DNA from: Rickettsiales bacterium
Lineage (GTDB): Bacteria > Pseudomonadota > Alphaproteobacteria > Rickettsiales > UBA1997
Reading direction: 5' to 3'
Assembly (NCBI GenBank): GCA_031268035.1
Contig: JAIRXW010000025.1
Coordinates: 3,452 to 67,451 of the forward strand
Length of the DNA stretch: 64,000 nt
Program-made: the position numbers and the translations under genes
Shown: one piece after another, positions 1 through 7,835 of the stretch
Position numbering within the stretch: position 1 is the first letter of the stretch
How the letters are laid out: every line of letters starts with the position of its first letter
The notes under the pieces: model-generated
The model's input: only the letters and a program-made list of their open reading frames with translations
Databases searched by the model: none
What the model was told of the DNA's origin: nothing

Positions 1-441
1 GATTTTGGAAGACTTCAGAATGGGAAAAATGGCATTATGATAGGAGCTTTTGATAATGATGAATTGGTTGGACATTATGCCGTTGATTTTACTCTGGAGA
101 AAAATATGCTGGAGCACTACAATAAAATCTGCCCTGGGGCTGGAATTGCAGATTGTACTGACTATATACCCATTTTTGAGCTGAAGTCATTGATGGTTTC
201 GCCTAGTCACTGGAGACATGGGATAGCGGGTCGCCTCCTCTTGAATTTCAGAGATGAGATTAAAAATGTTGTACATAAGCTTACCGGCAAAAAAAAATTT
301 ATGCTGATGGTAGAGGTATTAAAAGATAATGAGGCGAGTTTAAAAGCTGTTAAAAAAATTTTTGATCACGATCTTGGCTTCCATAATTCTCCTGAGGATA
401 ATGAATTGTGTTGGTATGGATATAATCTTTACGAAGAATAA
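1..441 (+). CDS. GNAT-family N-acetyltransferase (5'-partial, continues upstream of window)
   Basis: The frame is open from nt 1, with no stop before the listed Met at 37. SLMVSPSHWRHGIAGRLL fits the GNAT acetyl-CoA binding segment (R/Q-x-x-G-x-G/A). Confidence 0.6.
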   Translation, partial: DFGRLQNGKNGIMIGAFDNDELVGHYAVDFTLEKNMLEHYNKICPGAGIADCTDYIPIFELKSLMVSPSHWRHGIAGRLLLNFRDEIKNVVHKLTGKKKFMLMVEVLKDNEASLKAVKKIFDHDLGFHNSPEDNELCWYGYNLYEE

Positions 442-576
442 ATATCATTACAATCTCCATAGACATTCTAGTGGCTAGGCTCCGGTGCTATGGAGTGGAC
501 GTGGTATCGGCGGTCAACTGGGCTGCCGGTACCCTGGTCGGATTAATTATAATATTAACGTTGAAAAATATCAGAA

Positions 577-1446
577 ATGTTAGAGATAATAAAATTTAAG
601 AGTCCCGAGAAAGGCAGTAGTCTGTTGGTTCTGGGCGCCGTACATGGCGATGAGATCTGTGGGCCTCTGGGTATAGATAATACCATAAAAAAAATAAAGG
701 ATGGTCTTTTGACTCTGAAGAGGGGGAGTGTAACCTTTATACCAATCTGTAATCCAGAGGCCTATGCTAGGAAAAAGAGGTTTATAGATGTGAATCTAAA
801 CAGAGTGATCCTAAAAAGTAAAAAACCTATCGGATATGAGGAAAAAATTGCCCAAATAATTGCCGAGGAAATAGACAAATGTGATTATCTACTGGACATA
901 CATTCTATTCCAACAGATGGACCAAAATTTGCCTTTCTTGATAAAAATACGGATGAAATCAAAAAATTTGTTCTGGCGCAGGATTTTCAGCACATTGTAT
1001 TTGGCTGGAATGAGATCTATGGTGACGGGGACCACAGTTCTGGAGGCTATGCTCTAGAGAACGGCAAAATAGCTGTTACCATAGAGTGTGGTAATCACAG
1101 CAATAGAGATTGTGTAGAGGTAGCTGAGAAAGCTATTCTGAACTCTCTCGTATACCTGGGAATAGTGGAGGGTAAAGTAGAACTTATCCCCGGCAGATCA
1201 AAATATATAGTGATGGAGAAGATGTTCCTGAAGGAAAAGGAAGGCTCTATGACGAAAAATTATAAACATCTGGACCCCGTGAGAGCTGGAGAAACACTGG
1301 CTGTCTATGATGATGGTAAAAAGATAATATCCGATCGAGATTGTCTGATTATAATGCCAAGTAACGACTGTGCAAAGATTGGTACCGAGTGGTTCTATCT
1401 TGGAAGCTGTCTCGACGATCTGCCAACTAAAATGAAAGAAAAATAA
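577..1446 (+). CDS. succinylglutamate desuccinylase/aspartoacylase-family zinc hydrolase
   Basis: LLVLGAVHGDEICG (H-x-x-E zinc ligands), YLLDIHS (second His) and TIECG (catalytic Glu) occur in the order typical of the AstE/AspA family. Confidence 0.7.
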   Translation: MLEIIKFKSPEKGSSLLVLGAVHGDEICGPLGIDNTIKKIKDGLLTLKRGSVTFIPICNPEAYARKKRFIDVNLNRVILKSKKPIGYEEKIAQIIAEEIDKCDYLLDIHSIPTDGPKFAFLDKNTDEIKKFVLAQDFQHIVFGWNEIYGDGDHSSGGYALENGKIAVTIECGNHSNRDCVEVAEKAILNSLVYLGIVEGKVELIPGRSKYIVMEKMFLKEKEGSMTKNYKHLDPVRAGETLAVYDDGKKIISDRDCLIIMPSNDCAKIGTEWFYLGSCLDDLPTKMKEK

Positions 1447-2191
1447 CTTTTTGGAATATATATCTCAAATATCCAGCTATACTCTCCTCACGAATTTCCA
1501 GGGTTTTCCTGGGCTCTTTCCCCTAGAGGAGGGGGAGAGAAGTTGGACAGAACCCAGTGGAATTTATAGCCTAAACTGAAACCGAAGTCTCTGCTCCAGT
1601 TTGCAAAATTTCTCCCGAAAGTTATATCTAGTGGCGTTCTATCTGCTATTAGCCGGGCGGCCACTATCCAGTTCAGGGGCTGCCTCTAGATTATTTCTAT
1701 CTCTCCAGAGGCCTCTGGCGCTGTCATGACTGTGAATCCACCCATTAGTTTGAAACTTCAAAAACTTGATTTTATGACTGAATTTAGAATACTGAGAACC
1801 CATGAGATGCTCTAAAAAGACCTGCGAAGAGATTAAAATAAAGCTATTTATTCTAAAATCATCCAGTCCAAAATATCATGGGAGAGTAGAGGAGGACAAT
1901 GGAACAGTGGAAGAGGAGTTCTGGGCTAGAAAAAATATTCTAGCAGGCAGTGTAGAGGCTTCCGGGCATGGACTGGGTAAATTTGTAGAGAAGTATAATG
2001 TCTCATATGCTGTGAATAATTTATGCATATGCCAGAAAAGATATTCCGGTATTCTGGCAGCGCAGAGGTTATTGACATGGAAAATTTATATGTTACACTA
2101 TAGATATCTAACTTTAAACGGTATTTTTGTTCTGACAGAGAATACCGGTTGAAGATAATAAATGGAGGTTTGCAGATAGAGGTTCGTGTAA

Positions 2192-2620
2192 GAATTAGGA
2201 TTTATTGTTTTCTCGGAGCGCAACTGTGGTTACTGTCTTTACCATCCTGAGGGCCTGAACAGGAGAGACTCTGGCCTCGCTAGGTAGTCTGATTACGAAG
2301 ATCACAGTTCGGCTTTTGGTGTTTAAAGGAATTTATATGACAACGATAGTCTGGCGTTGACTGGTGGCGAATTCTCTCTAGGAGAAGATAGATTTGACAT
2401 AGTCAAGAATCTAAAAGACAATTTGGCCAATGTAACTGCTGTGACCAATGGTTCTCTGCTGAATAAACAGAGTGATGAGTTTTACAAATACATTGGCAGA
2501 ATGGATGTATTATTCCATTCCACAGGTTATGATGTCTACAATTGGATTACCAAAACAGGTGATCCAGGAAAAACCTGTGGCCAATACAGCTGGACTGCGG
2601 AAAAGAAACTCAACTATTGA
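2192..2620 (+). pseudogene. radical-SAM enzyme remnant (two in-frame stops, first cluster Cys lost, 3' part missing)
   Basis: A single frame reads ELGFIVFSERNCGYCLYHPEGL..AR*SDYEDHSSAFGV*RNLYDNDSLALTGGEFSLGEDRFDIVKNL..VTAVTNGSLL. This is the CxxxCxxC region (here SxxxCxxC), then GGE(P), then TNG(T)LL of radical-SAM proteins. It is interrupted by TAG (~2285) and TAA (2324-2326) and runs into a tandem-repeat array after ~140 codons. Confidence 0.5.
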
Positions 2621-2625
2621 ATTGA

Positions 2626-2927
2626 GATCGAATGTAGTTCTGGCTGAGAGTATCAGCCCTCTAGGAAGAGAGAGAAATTAAAAGTAAGATCGAATGTAGT
2701 TTTGACAGACAGTATCAGCTCTCTAGAGGGGAAAATTAAAAGTAGGATCGAATGTAGTTCTGGCCGAGAGTATCAGCTCTCTAGGAAGAGAGAGAAATAA
2801 AAGTAAGATCGAATGTAGTTCTGATCGGTGGCACTAGCTCTCTGGGAAGAGAGAGAAATAAAAGTAGGATCGAATGTAGTTCTGGCTGATAGCATTAGCT
2901 CTCTAGGAAGAGAGAGAAATTAAAAGT
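2626..2927. repeat. tandem repeat, 5 units of 58-62 bp
   Basis: The unit is gatcgaatgtagttctggctgagagtatcagctctctaggaagagagagaaat(t)aaaagta. Units start at 2626, 2688, 2746, 2807 and 2868. The ends are conserved and the middle ~15 nt is variable. Confidence 0.9.
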
Positions 2928-2970
2928 ATTTTGGGCTTTGTGATGGAATATAATCTATCGGTAAAATTTA

Positions 2971-3172
2971 TAGAACTATATCCAGAGTCAGCAGTTGGCT
3001 TTGTTCCCCTGGAAAATTTAGAAGATATTTTGCGGCATTTTTTTGGGGCCAAATTCTCCTCAGAAAACTTGTAGAACTATATCCAGAGTCAGCAGTTGGC
3101 TTTGTTCCCCTGAAAAATTTAGAAGATATTTTGCGGCATTTTTTTGGGGGTCGAATTCTCCTCAAAAAACGG
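2971..3172. repeat. tandem repeat, 2 units of 101 bp
   Basis: tagaactatatccagagtcagcagttggctttgttcccctg(g)aaaatttagaagatattttgcggcatttttttgggg... starts at 2971 and again at 3072 with near identity. Confidence 0.9.
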
Positions 3173-3567
3173 TGGACAAGTCATCTATCAGGTAAATAGT
3201 GTAACTATAATTCTAATTAGAGTACTTTGTGCTGCCGCGGGAAACAGTGTAGAGATGAATGACCCAGAGTTCTATGGAATTAATCAGGACTTCTTCATCA
3301 CACCAGATGGTGGGACAGAGCCCTATGCAGCCAGCGATGATGTGATATTGATTCAGTATAGTGTTAAAAATAGAGATAAATATCCATTATATCTAAACTT
3401 TGAGAAAATCAGACTCAGTTCTGGCGATGGGTGTATATAATGTTTTTCCAGCCTTTAAATGGGGAAATACCATAGCTGAGAAGGGTGTGGAAAGACATTT
3501 TTATGTGACTGTTCACACCTATAATTGTGAAAGTGTTAGGTTTATTTTTTCTAGACAGAAAAACTAT

Positions 3568-3603
3568 GGGGGTGCGCAGGTTCGAATACCTCCGGGGCAA
3601 CCA
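3568..3603 (+). other. tRNA-like 3' fragment (T-arm/acceptor/CCA-like), not a complete tRNA
   Basis: gggggtgcgcaGGTTCGAATAcctccggggcaACCA contains a T-loop-like GGTTCGAAT and ends in ACCA. No matching 5' acceptor strand, D-arm or anticodon arm lies upstream. Confidence 0.3.
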
Positions 3604-4074
3604 CATAAAAAGATTAAACAGTGATCTCGTTCTGTCATTGGTTTATTTGTCATAAAATACTAAAACAAGGCCCCCCTAGGGGAATAGAGAATATATTCCA
3701 GGATTGCAGTACTAGCGGATTAAATAAAATAAGTACAAAAATAAATTATCTGAAGAATATAGAGGTGGTTAGAAGAAAGAAGAGTTTCGGGATCTCAAGA
3801 GCTCTTTCCGGAAAGAATAGGAAAATTAAGAAAAAAGAGGATGGGTTCTCCCGTAGAAACTGCCTTACCATCCTCCGTTAAATTCAGGATTATAGAGCCA
3901 CTTTTCTCTCCAACCATATATTTTCATATTTATTTTCCCGATGGTCAACGCCGGCAGCTAAAACAGCGAGCAGAAACACCAGTAGTTTTTTTTCATTTAA
4001 TTTTTAATTTAGGTGGGGTTTGGCGCGGCTGGACATGATGTCTCCGCAGAGGCAAATAGAATAAAAATTATGGT

Positions 4075-4200
4075 CAGATCTCTTTTTAGAAAACTCCCTG
4101 TCCGGAATATGTTTTTCCCCAAAAATCCAAGAAAAATCAGATCTCTTTTTAGAAAACTCCCTGTCCGGAATATGTTTTTCCCCAAAGATCCAAGAAAAAT
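4075..4200. repeat. tandem repeat, 2 units of 63 bp
   Basis: cagatctctttttagaaaactccctgtccggaatatgtttttccccaaa(a/g)atccaagaaaaat occurs at 4075 and again at 4138. Confidence 0.9.
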
Positions 4201-4381
4201 ACTACAAAAACGACAGTCGACAGCCGCACCGCCGTGTGTTCCAGCAGCTCCCGTCATTCTCTCTAGTTTTCAGCCTATTCCTACTGACTAGACAGGCAAG
4301 AAAAAGACTGTCCGCCGCCTCCGCTGCCCCCCGCTACAATATTTTTTACCGGTGGCGGATGGCGCCTCGCCTCCTACCAGA

Positions 4382-4407
4382 GGCCCTCCTCCTTCGGAGG
4401 AGGGCCG
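4382..4407 (-). terminator. perfect 11-bp GC-rich hairpin just 3' of the outer-membrane protein gene
   Basis: ggccctcctcc-ttcg-ggaggagggcc lies 36 nt downstream of the minus-strand stop at 4443. Neither side has a clear U-tract, so terminator function is inferred only. Confidence 0.4.
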
Positions 4408-4442
4408 AGCTAGAAGAAAGAATTAATTATTAAATCAAATGA

Positions 4443-5597
4443 CTAGCGGAATCTATAGCCCAGGCCAAAGCTGAAGCTTTTGTTTTGGGTTGTGAAGTTC
4501 TGCCCCACAGTTAAACCCAGTGCTGCTTTATCTCCGTTAATTAGAGATTTTTCTAGTCTAAGAGTTATATCTAGCCTATCCTTATCTCTGTAGAGATCCT
4601 TGCCAGTACCCTGGCTGCGCATCAGATGGTTATAGCCGATGTCTAGAGTAGCTCCTATTGTCTTAGAGATAATTACAGAACTCTCTAGAGAGCCTTTTAC
4701 GAAGTAAGACTCCAGAGTTTTCTCTTTAATTATATTGGAATTTAGATAGCTAAATTGGACAAGAGGCTTTAGACTAAATGCTTCATTGATATCAAATCTG
4801 TAGCCAAAGTCAAAAGCTAGACCAAAATCATGGGAGCCATAGTCTTTCTTTTTTTCGTTAGTGACTAACTCTAGATCGTTATTACTGTAGCCAACGTAGA
4901 TAAGAGCATCCATGTCTAGATTACATATGGTGTATCTGCCCGTTATTCCACCCGCCACAAGATTACCCTGAGATTTTCCACTCTTGGTATTTTCTTTGGG
5001 TAGTAGACTATCAATCAGTGCAATATTTACAAAACCAGAGATAGAATAGTTTTTTTCTAGAATAGGACTAGCACCGAAGATAACACCTACACTGCCCATG
5101 GAGATTTCTTCATCGTGTTTGAACTCATTGTAGTTAATATCAACCCAGTAGGAATTATTTTTGTTAGCTCCAACATTTGCTATGGTTTTAGAGAATAGAG
5201 CTCTAGAGCTAGCTAGGACAGCGGAGAAAAAAGCATCTTTGCTGGAGGTGTTATCGTTCGTTTGTCTTGCCGCATCTCCTGTTTCTCTTTTTCTAACTTC
5301 TTCTTCTCTTTTTCCATTCCCTCCTTTTCCATCCTCTCCTTTTTCATTCCCTCCTTTTCCATCCTCTCCTTTTTCATTCTCTCCTTTTCCATTCTCTCCT
5401 TTTCCATTCTCTTCTTTTCCGTCCTCTCCTTTTCCGTCCTCTCCTTTTTCATCCTCTCCTTTTCCATCCTCTCCTTTTCCATTCTCCTTCTTATCATTTA
5501 TGGAACTTCTCTCCTCACTCAAAGCCAATTGTGGTAGCCCCAGAGCTCCGAAGAAAAAAATAATAACTAATCCTTTGAATATTTTATTTACTTTCAC
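4443..5597 (-). CDS. outer-membrane beta-barrel protein (autotransporter-type C-terminal domain) with KGEDG-type repeat passenger
   Basis: N-terminal signal peptide MKVNKIFKGLVIIFFFGALGLPQLALS. About 12 pentapeptide repeats (KGEDG/KGENG/KGGNE). The C-terminal ~260 aa has alternating beta-strand patterns and ends FGLGYRFR. Confidence 0.6.
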   Translation of the reverse strand: MKVNKIFKGLVIIFFFGALGLPQLALSEERSSINDKKENGKGEDGKGEDEKGEDGKGEDGKEENGKGENGKGENEKGEDGKGGNEKGEDGKGGNGKREEEVRKRETGDAARQTNDNTSSKDAFFSAVLASSRALFSKTIANVGANKNNSYWVDINYNEFKHDEEISMGSVGVIFGASPILEKNYSISGFVNIALIDSLLPKENTKSGKSQGNLVAGGITGRYTICNLDMDALIYVGYSNNDLELVTNEKKKDYGSHDFGLAFDFGYRFDINEAFSLKPLVQFSYLNSNIIKEKTLESYFVKGSLESSVIISKTIGATLDIGYNHLMRSQGTGKDLYRDKDRLDITLRLEKSLINGDKAALGLTVGQNFTTQNKSFSFGLGYRFR

Positions 5598-5812
5598 TTT
5601 GCTTTCCTTATTATATTAATAATATTAACTCAACTGAGTTGAGTCATCTAAACACCTTTGAAATAGTATTTGAGGGTTTTTTATTTTTCAAGTTTTTCCT
5701 AATGTTTGGAACTTTAAAAACTTGATTTTCTAGCTGAATTCAGAATACTGTGGCTAGGCTAATATATATTGGAGAATTTTTAGATTAATATGTCAAAAAT
5801 TTATTTATAAAA

Positions 5813-7654
5813 ATGTTTCTGAAGAAAAGAGGGAATATATTTTCCAGATTGCTGGGCTTTGGCGCAAATTTTCTAGTGGCGTCCTCGGTGTTTTTGGTGG
5901 CCGCGGTCGTTGTCTACCAATTTTATAGAAAAGGGTTGCCCACCATAGATGAGATTGTAGCCAGTGGCAGCGTGCAAAGTGTGGATCTGTTCTATTCGGA
6001 CGGTATGGAAAAAATTAATGTTTCCCATGAGTTTGGCATTAATAGGGATAATTTTAGAGATATACCTAGCTATATGGTGGACGCTCTTCTGGCGACGGAG
6101 GACAAAAGGTTTTTCAGTCATAGAGGAGTGGATTTCCAGGGAATAGCCCGAGCGATGTTAATTAATTTGAAAAATGGGCGCCTGATGCAGGGGGGGAGTA
6201 CTATAACCCAACAGCTAGCTAAAATTCTCATTGGAGACAGTAGGCGAACGGCGGGAAGAAAAATCAGGGAGTTAATTCTGACTAGAGAGTTGGAAAAATA
6301 CCTCAGAAAGGAAGATATATTGACCCTATATCTGTCCAAGGTTTACTTCGGGGCTGGCCAATATGGAATCAGAGAAGCCGGCAGATTTTACTTCGGAAAG
6401 GAGGTGGATAGACTTAATTTACAGGAATGCGCTCTGCTGGTGGGTATCCTGAAGGCTCCGAGTAAATATAATCCAACCAATGACAGGGATCTGGCCATTG
6501 GCCGAATGACCCAGGTTATATTAAATATGCGCAATGCTGGTTTCCTGGATGAGAGCGATCTATTGGCCCATACAGTTCCAGACATATCGTTGGAAAATAT
6601 GGGGTTGGCCACCGGAAATCTACAAAATCGTTACTTCAGTAATTGGCTAAAGGGCCAACTAAAAAACATCACTATGGGTAGAACTGTGAGTGAAATGTCT
6701 GTTGTGACCACATTGGATAATTTCATTCAGAATGAGGTTTGTAGGGCGCTAGAGATATTTCTGAGGGAGCGGGGAGAAAAAATTCAGAGGGCAGAAATTG
6801 CCATAGTGGCCATGAGTAAAGATGGAGAAGTGTTGGCGATGGTTGGAGGTAGGGACTATCGCCGGAGTCAATTTAATAGGGCCCTGAGGGCCAAAAGACA
6901 GACGGGTTCGCTATTTAAACTGTTCGTGTATCTTTCGGGATTTGAAAATGGCCTAGAAATAAATGACAATTTTGTGGATGAGCCTATAAAAATTGGGAAA
7001 TGGTATCCGGAAAACTATGGTAAAAAATACGAAGGGCAGATGACCGTGAGGGAGGCCTTTATGAAATCATCAAACTCTGTGGCGGTGCAAATTGCTGATC
7101 GGTTTGGTCTAAAAAATGTGGTAGAAATGGCCAGGAAATCTGGCCTAGGAGGTAAATTTAGAAATGACATGACAATTGTGCTGGGTAGTCAGGAAAGTAC
7201 CCTGCTGGAGATGGTGGCGGCCTATGCCACTGTTCTGAATGGCGGTATTCCTGCCATTCCCCACGGCATAAGAAATGTGTCCTCTAGCGATGGGATTTTG
7301 TACACATGGAATAGAGAAACAAAAACAAAGCCAATCTATAGCTCAGCTACGGCGGAAAAAATGCTCTTTCTTCTCTATTCCTCCGTAGAAAATGGTACCG
7401 GCAGAAGGGCCGGAGTAGAGAGTCTACTAGATAAAACTATAGCTTACAATATGTTGAACGGAGATAGTAAATTTTTTATTGGCGGAAAAACTGGCAGCAG
7501 CCAAAATAATAACGATGCTTGGTTTATAGGTTTTGCAAACGATATAGTCATTGGCATATGGATTGGCAACGATGGGAACCAGCCCATGAACAGTATCATG
7601 GGTGGGAATTTGCCAGCGGAGCTTTGGAAAAGTATAGTGGAGAATCTTTTTTAA
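5813..7654 (+). CDS. class A penicillin-binding protein (glycosyltransferase + transpeptidase)
   Basis: GT51 motifs ATEDKRFFSHRGVD and GGSTITQQLAK are present. Transpeptidase motifs are TGSLFK (SxxK), SSN (SxN) and KTGSS (KTG). There is an N-terminal membrane anchor. Confidence 0.9.
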   Translation: MFLKKRGNIFSRLLGFGANFLVASSVFLVAAVVVYQFYRKGLPTIDEIVASGSVQSVDLFYSDGMEKINVSHEFGINRDNFRDIPSYMVDALLATEDKRFFSHRGVDFQGIARAMLINLKNGRLMQGGSTITQQLAKILIGDSRRTAGRKIRELILTRELEKYLRKEDILTLYLSKVYFGAGQYGIREAGRFYFGKEVDRLNLQECALLVGILKAPSKYNPTNDRDLAIGRMTQVILNMRNAGFLDESDLLAHTVPDISLENMGLATGNLQNRYFSNWLKGQLKNITMGRTVSEMSVVTTLDNFIQNEVCRALEIFLRERGEKIQRAEIAIVAMSKDGEVLAMVGGRDYRRSQFNRALRAKRQTGSLFKLFVYLSGFENGLEINDNFVDEPIKIGKWYPENYGKKYEGQMTVREAFMKSSNSVAVQIADRFGLKNVVEMARKSGLGGKFRNDMTIVLGSQESTLLEMVAAYATVLNGGIPAIPHGIRNVSSSDGILYTWNRETKTKPIYSSATAEKMLFLLYSSVENGTGRRAGVESLLDKTIAYNMLNGDSKFFIGGKTGSSQNNNDAWFIGFANDIVIGIWIGNDGNQPMNSIMGGNLPAELWKSIVENLF

Positions 7655-7835
7655 GCATCATTCTGGCTGGGCCGAGTTCCTGGAGACCTAATCATCTCCA
7701 GTGATTGGGCTAGTTCACGGCTGGTAAATATGATAAAATAATCCAAAAAAGTTAAATATTTTTCATAAATGCTTGCCTTTTAAAAATTATTTTTTATATA
7801 TATATTTTATATTTAATCCCCTAGAGGGTATTTAT

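Noticed and set aside
1802-2152. 116-aa ORF at the start of the non-coding tract, preceded by the conserved 47-nt element.
   Set aside because: I see no recognisable motif and no RBS, the composition is odd, and it sits inside a region of obvious gene decay. The evidence is insufficient to call a CDS, though expression data could revive it.
2626-2927. Possible CRISPR array (regular ~61-bp periodicity with a variable middle).
   Set aside because: The variable segments are only ~15 nt and are clearly variants of one another, not unique spacers. No cas genes are present. It is a plain tandem repeat.
3144-3624. ORFs 3144-3440 and 3400-3624 as genes, or as one frameshifted gene.
   Set aside because: Together they read like a beta-rich domain split by a frameshift near 3420. 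I cannot assign a family, and the 5' part starts inside the 101-bp repeat. I mention it only under the graveyard finding.
3540-3700. Possible two-piece (permuted) alphaproteobacterial tmRNA, because of GGTTCGAAT...ACCA.
   Set aside because: The 3' strand (cggggca-A-CCA) cannot pair with a GGGG... 5' end carrying the G-U identity pair. No matching 5' acceptor strand lies upstream or downstream, and no tag-like reading frame ending in ..AA-stop is nearby. The T-stem is also imperfect. I kept it only as a tRNA-like fragment.
4009-4291. ORFs 4009-4257(-) and 4013-4291(+).
   Set aside because: Both are held open by the 63-bp tandem duplication and read the same DNA on opposite strands. They are repeat artefacts.
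5161-5619. ORF-track entries 5161-5619(+), 5213-5497(-) and 5262-5537(+).
   Set aside because: They are alternative-frame or antisense readings of the 15-bp repeat inside the outer-membrane protein gene. Their monotonous composition (SPFPF..., ERMEKE..., SILSF...) is a repeat artefact.
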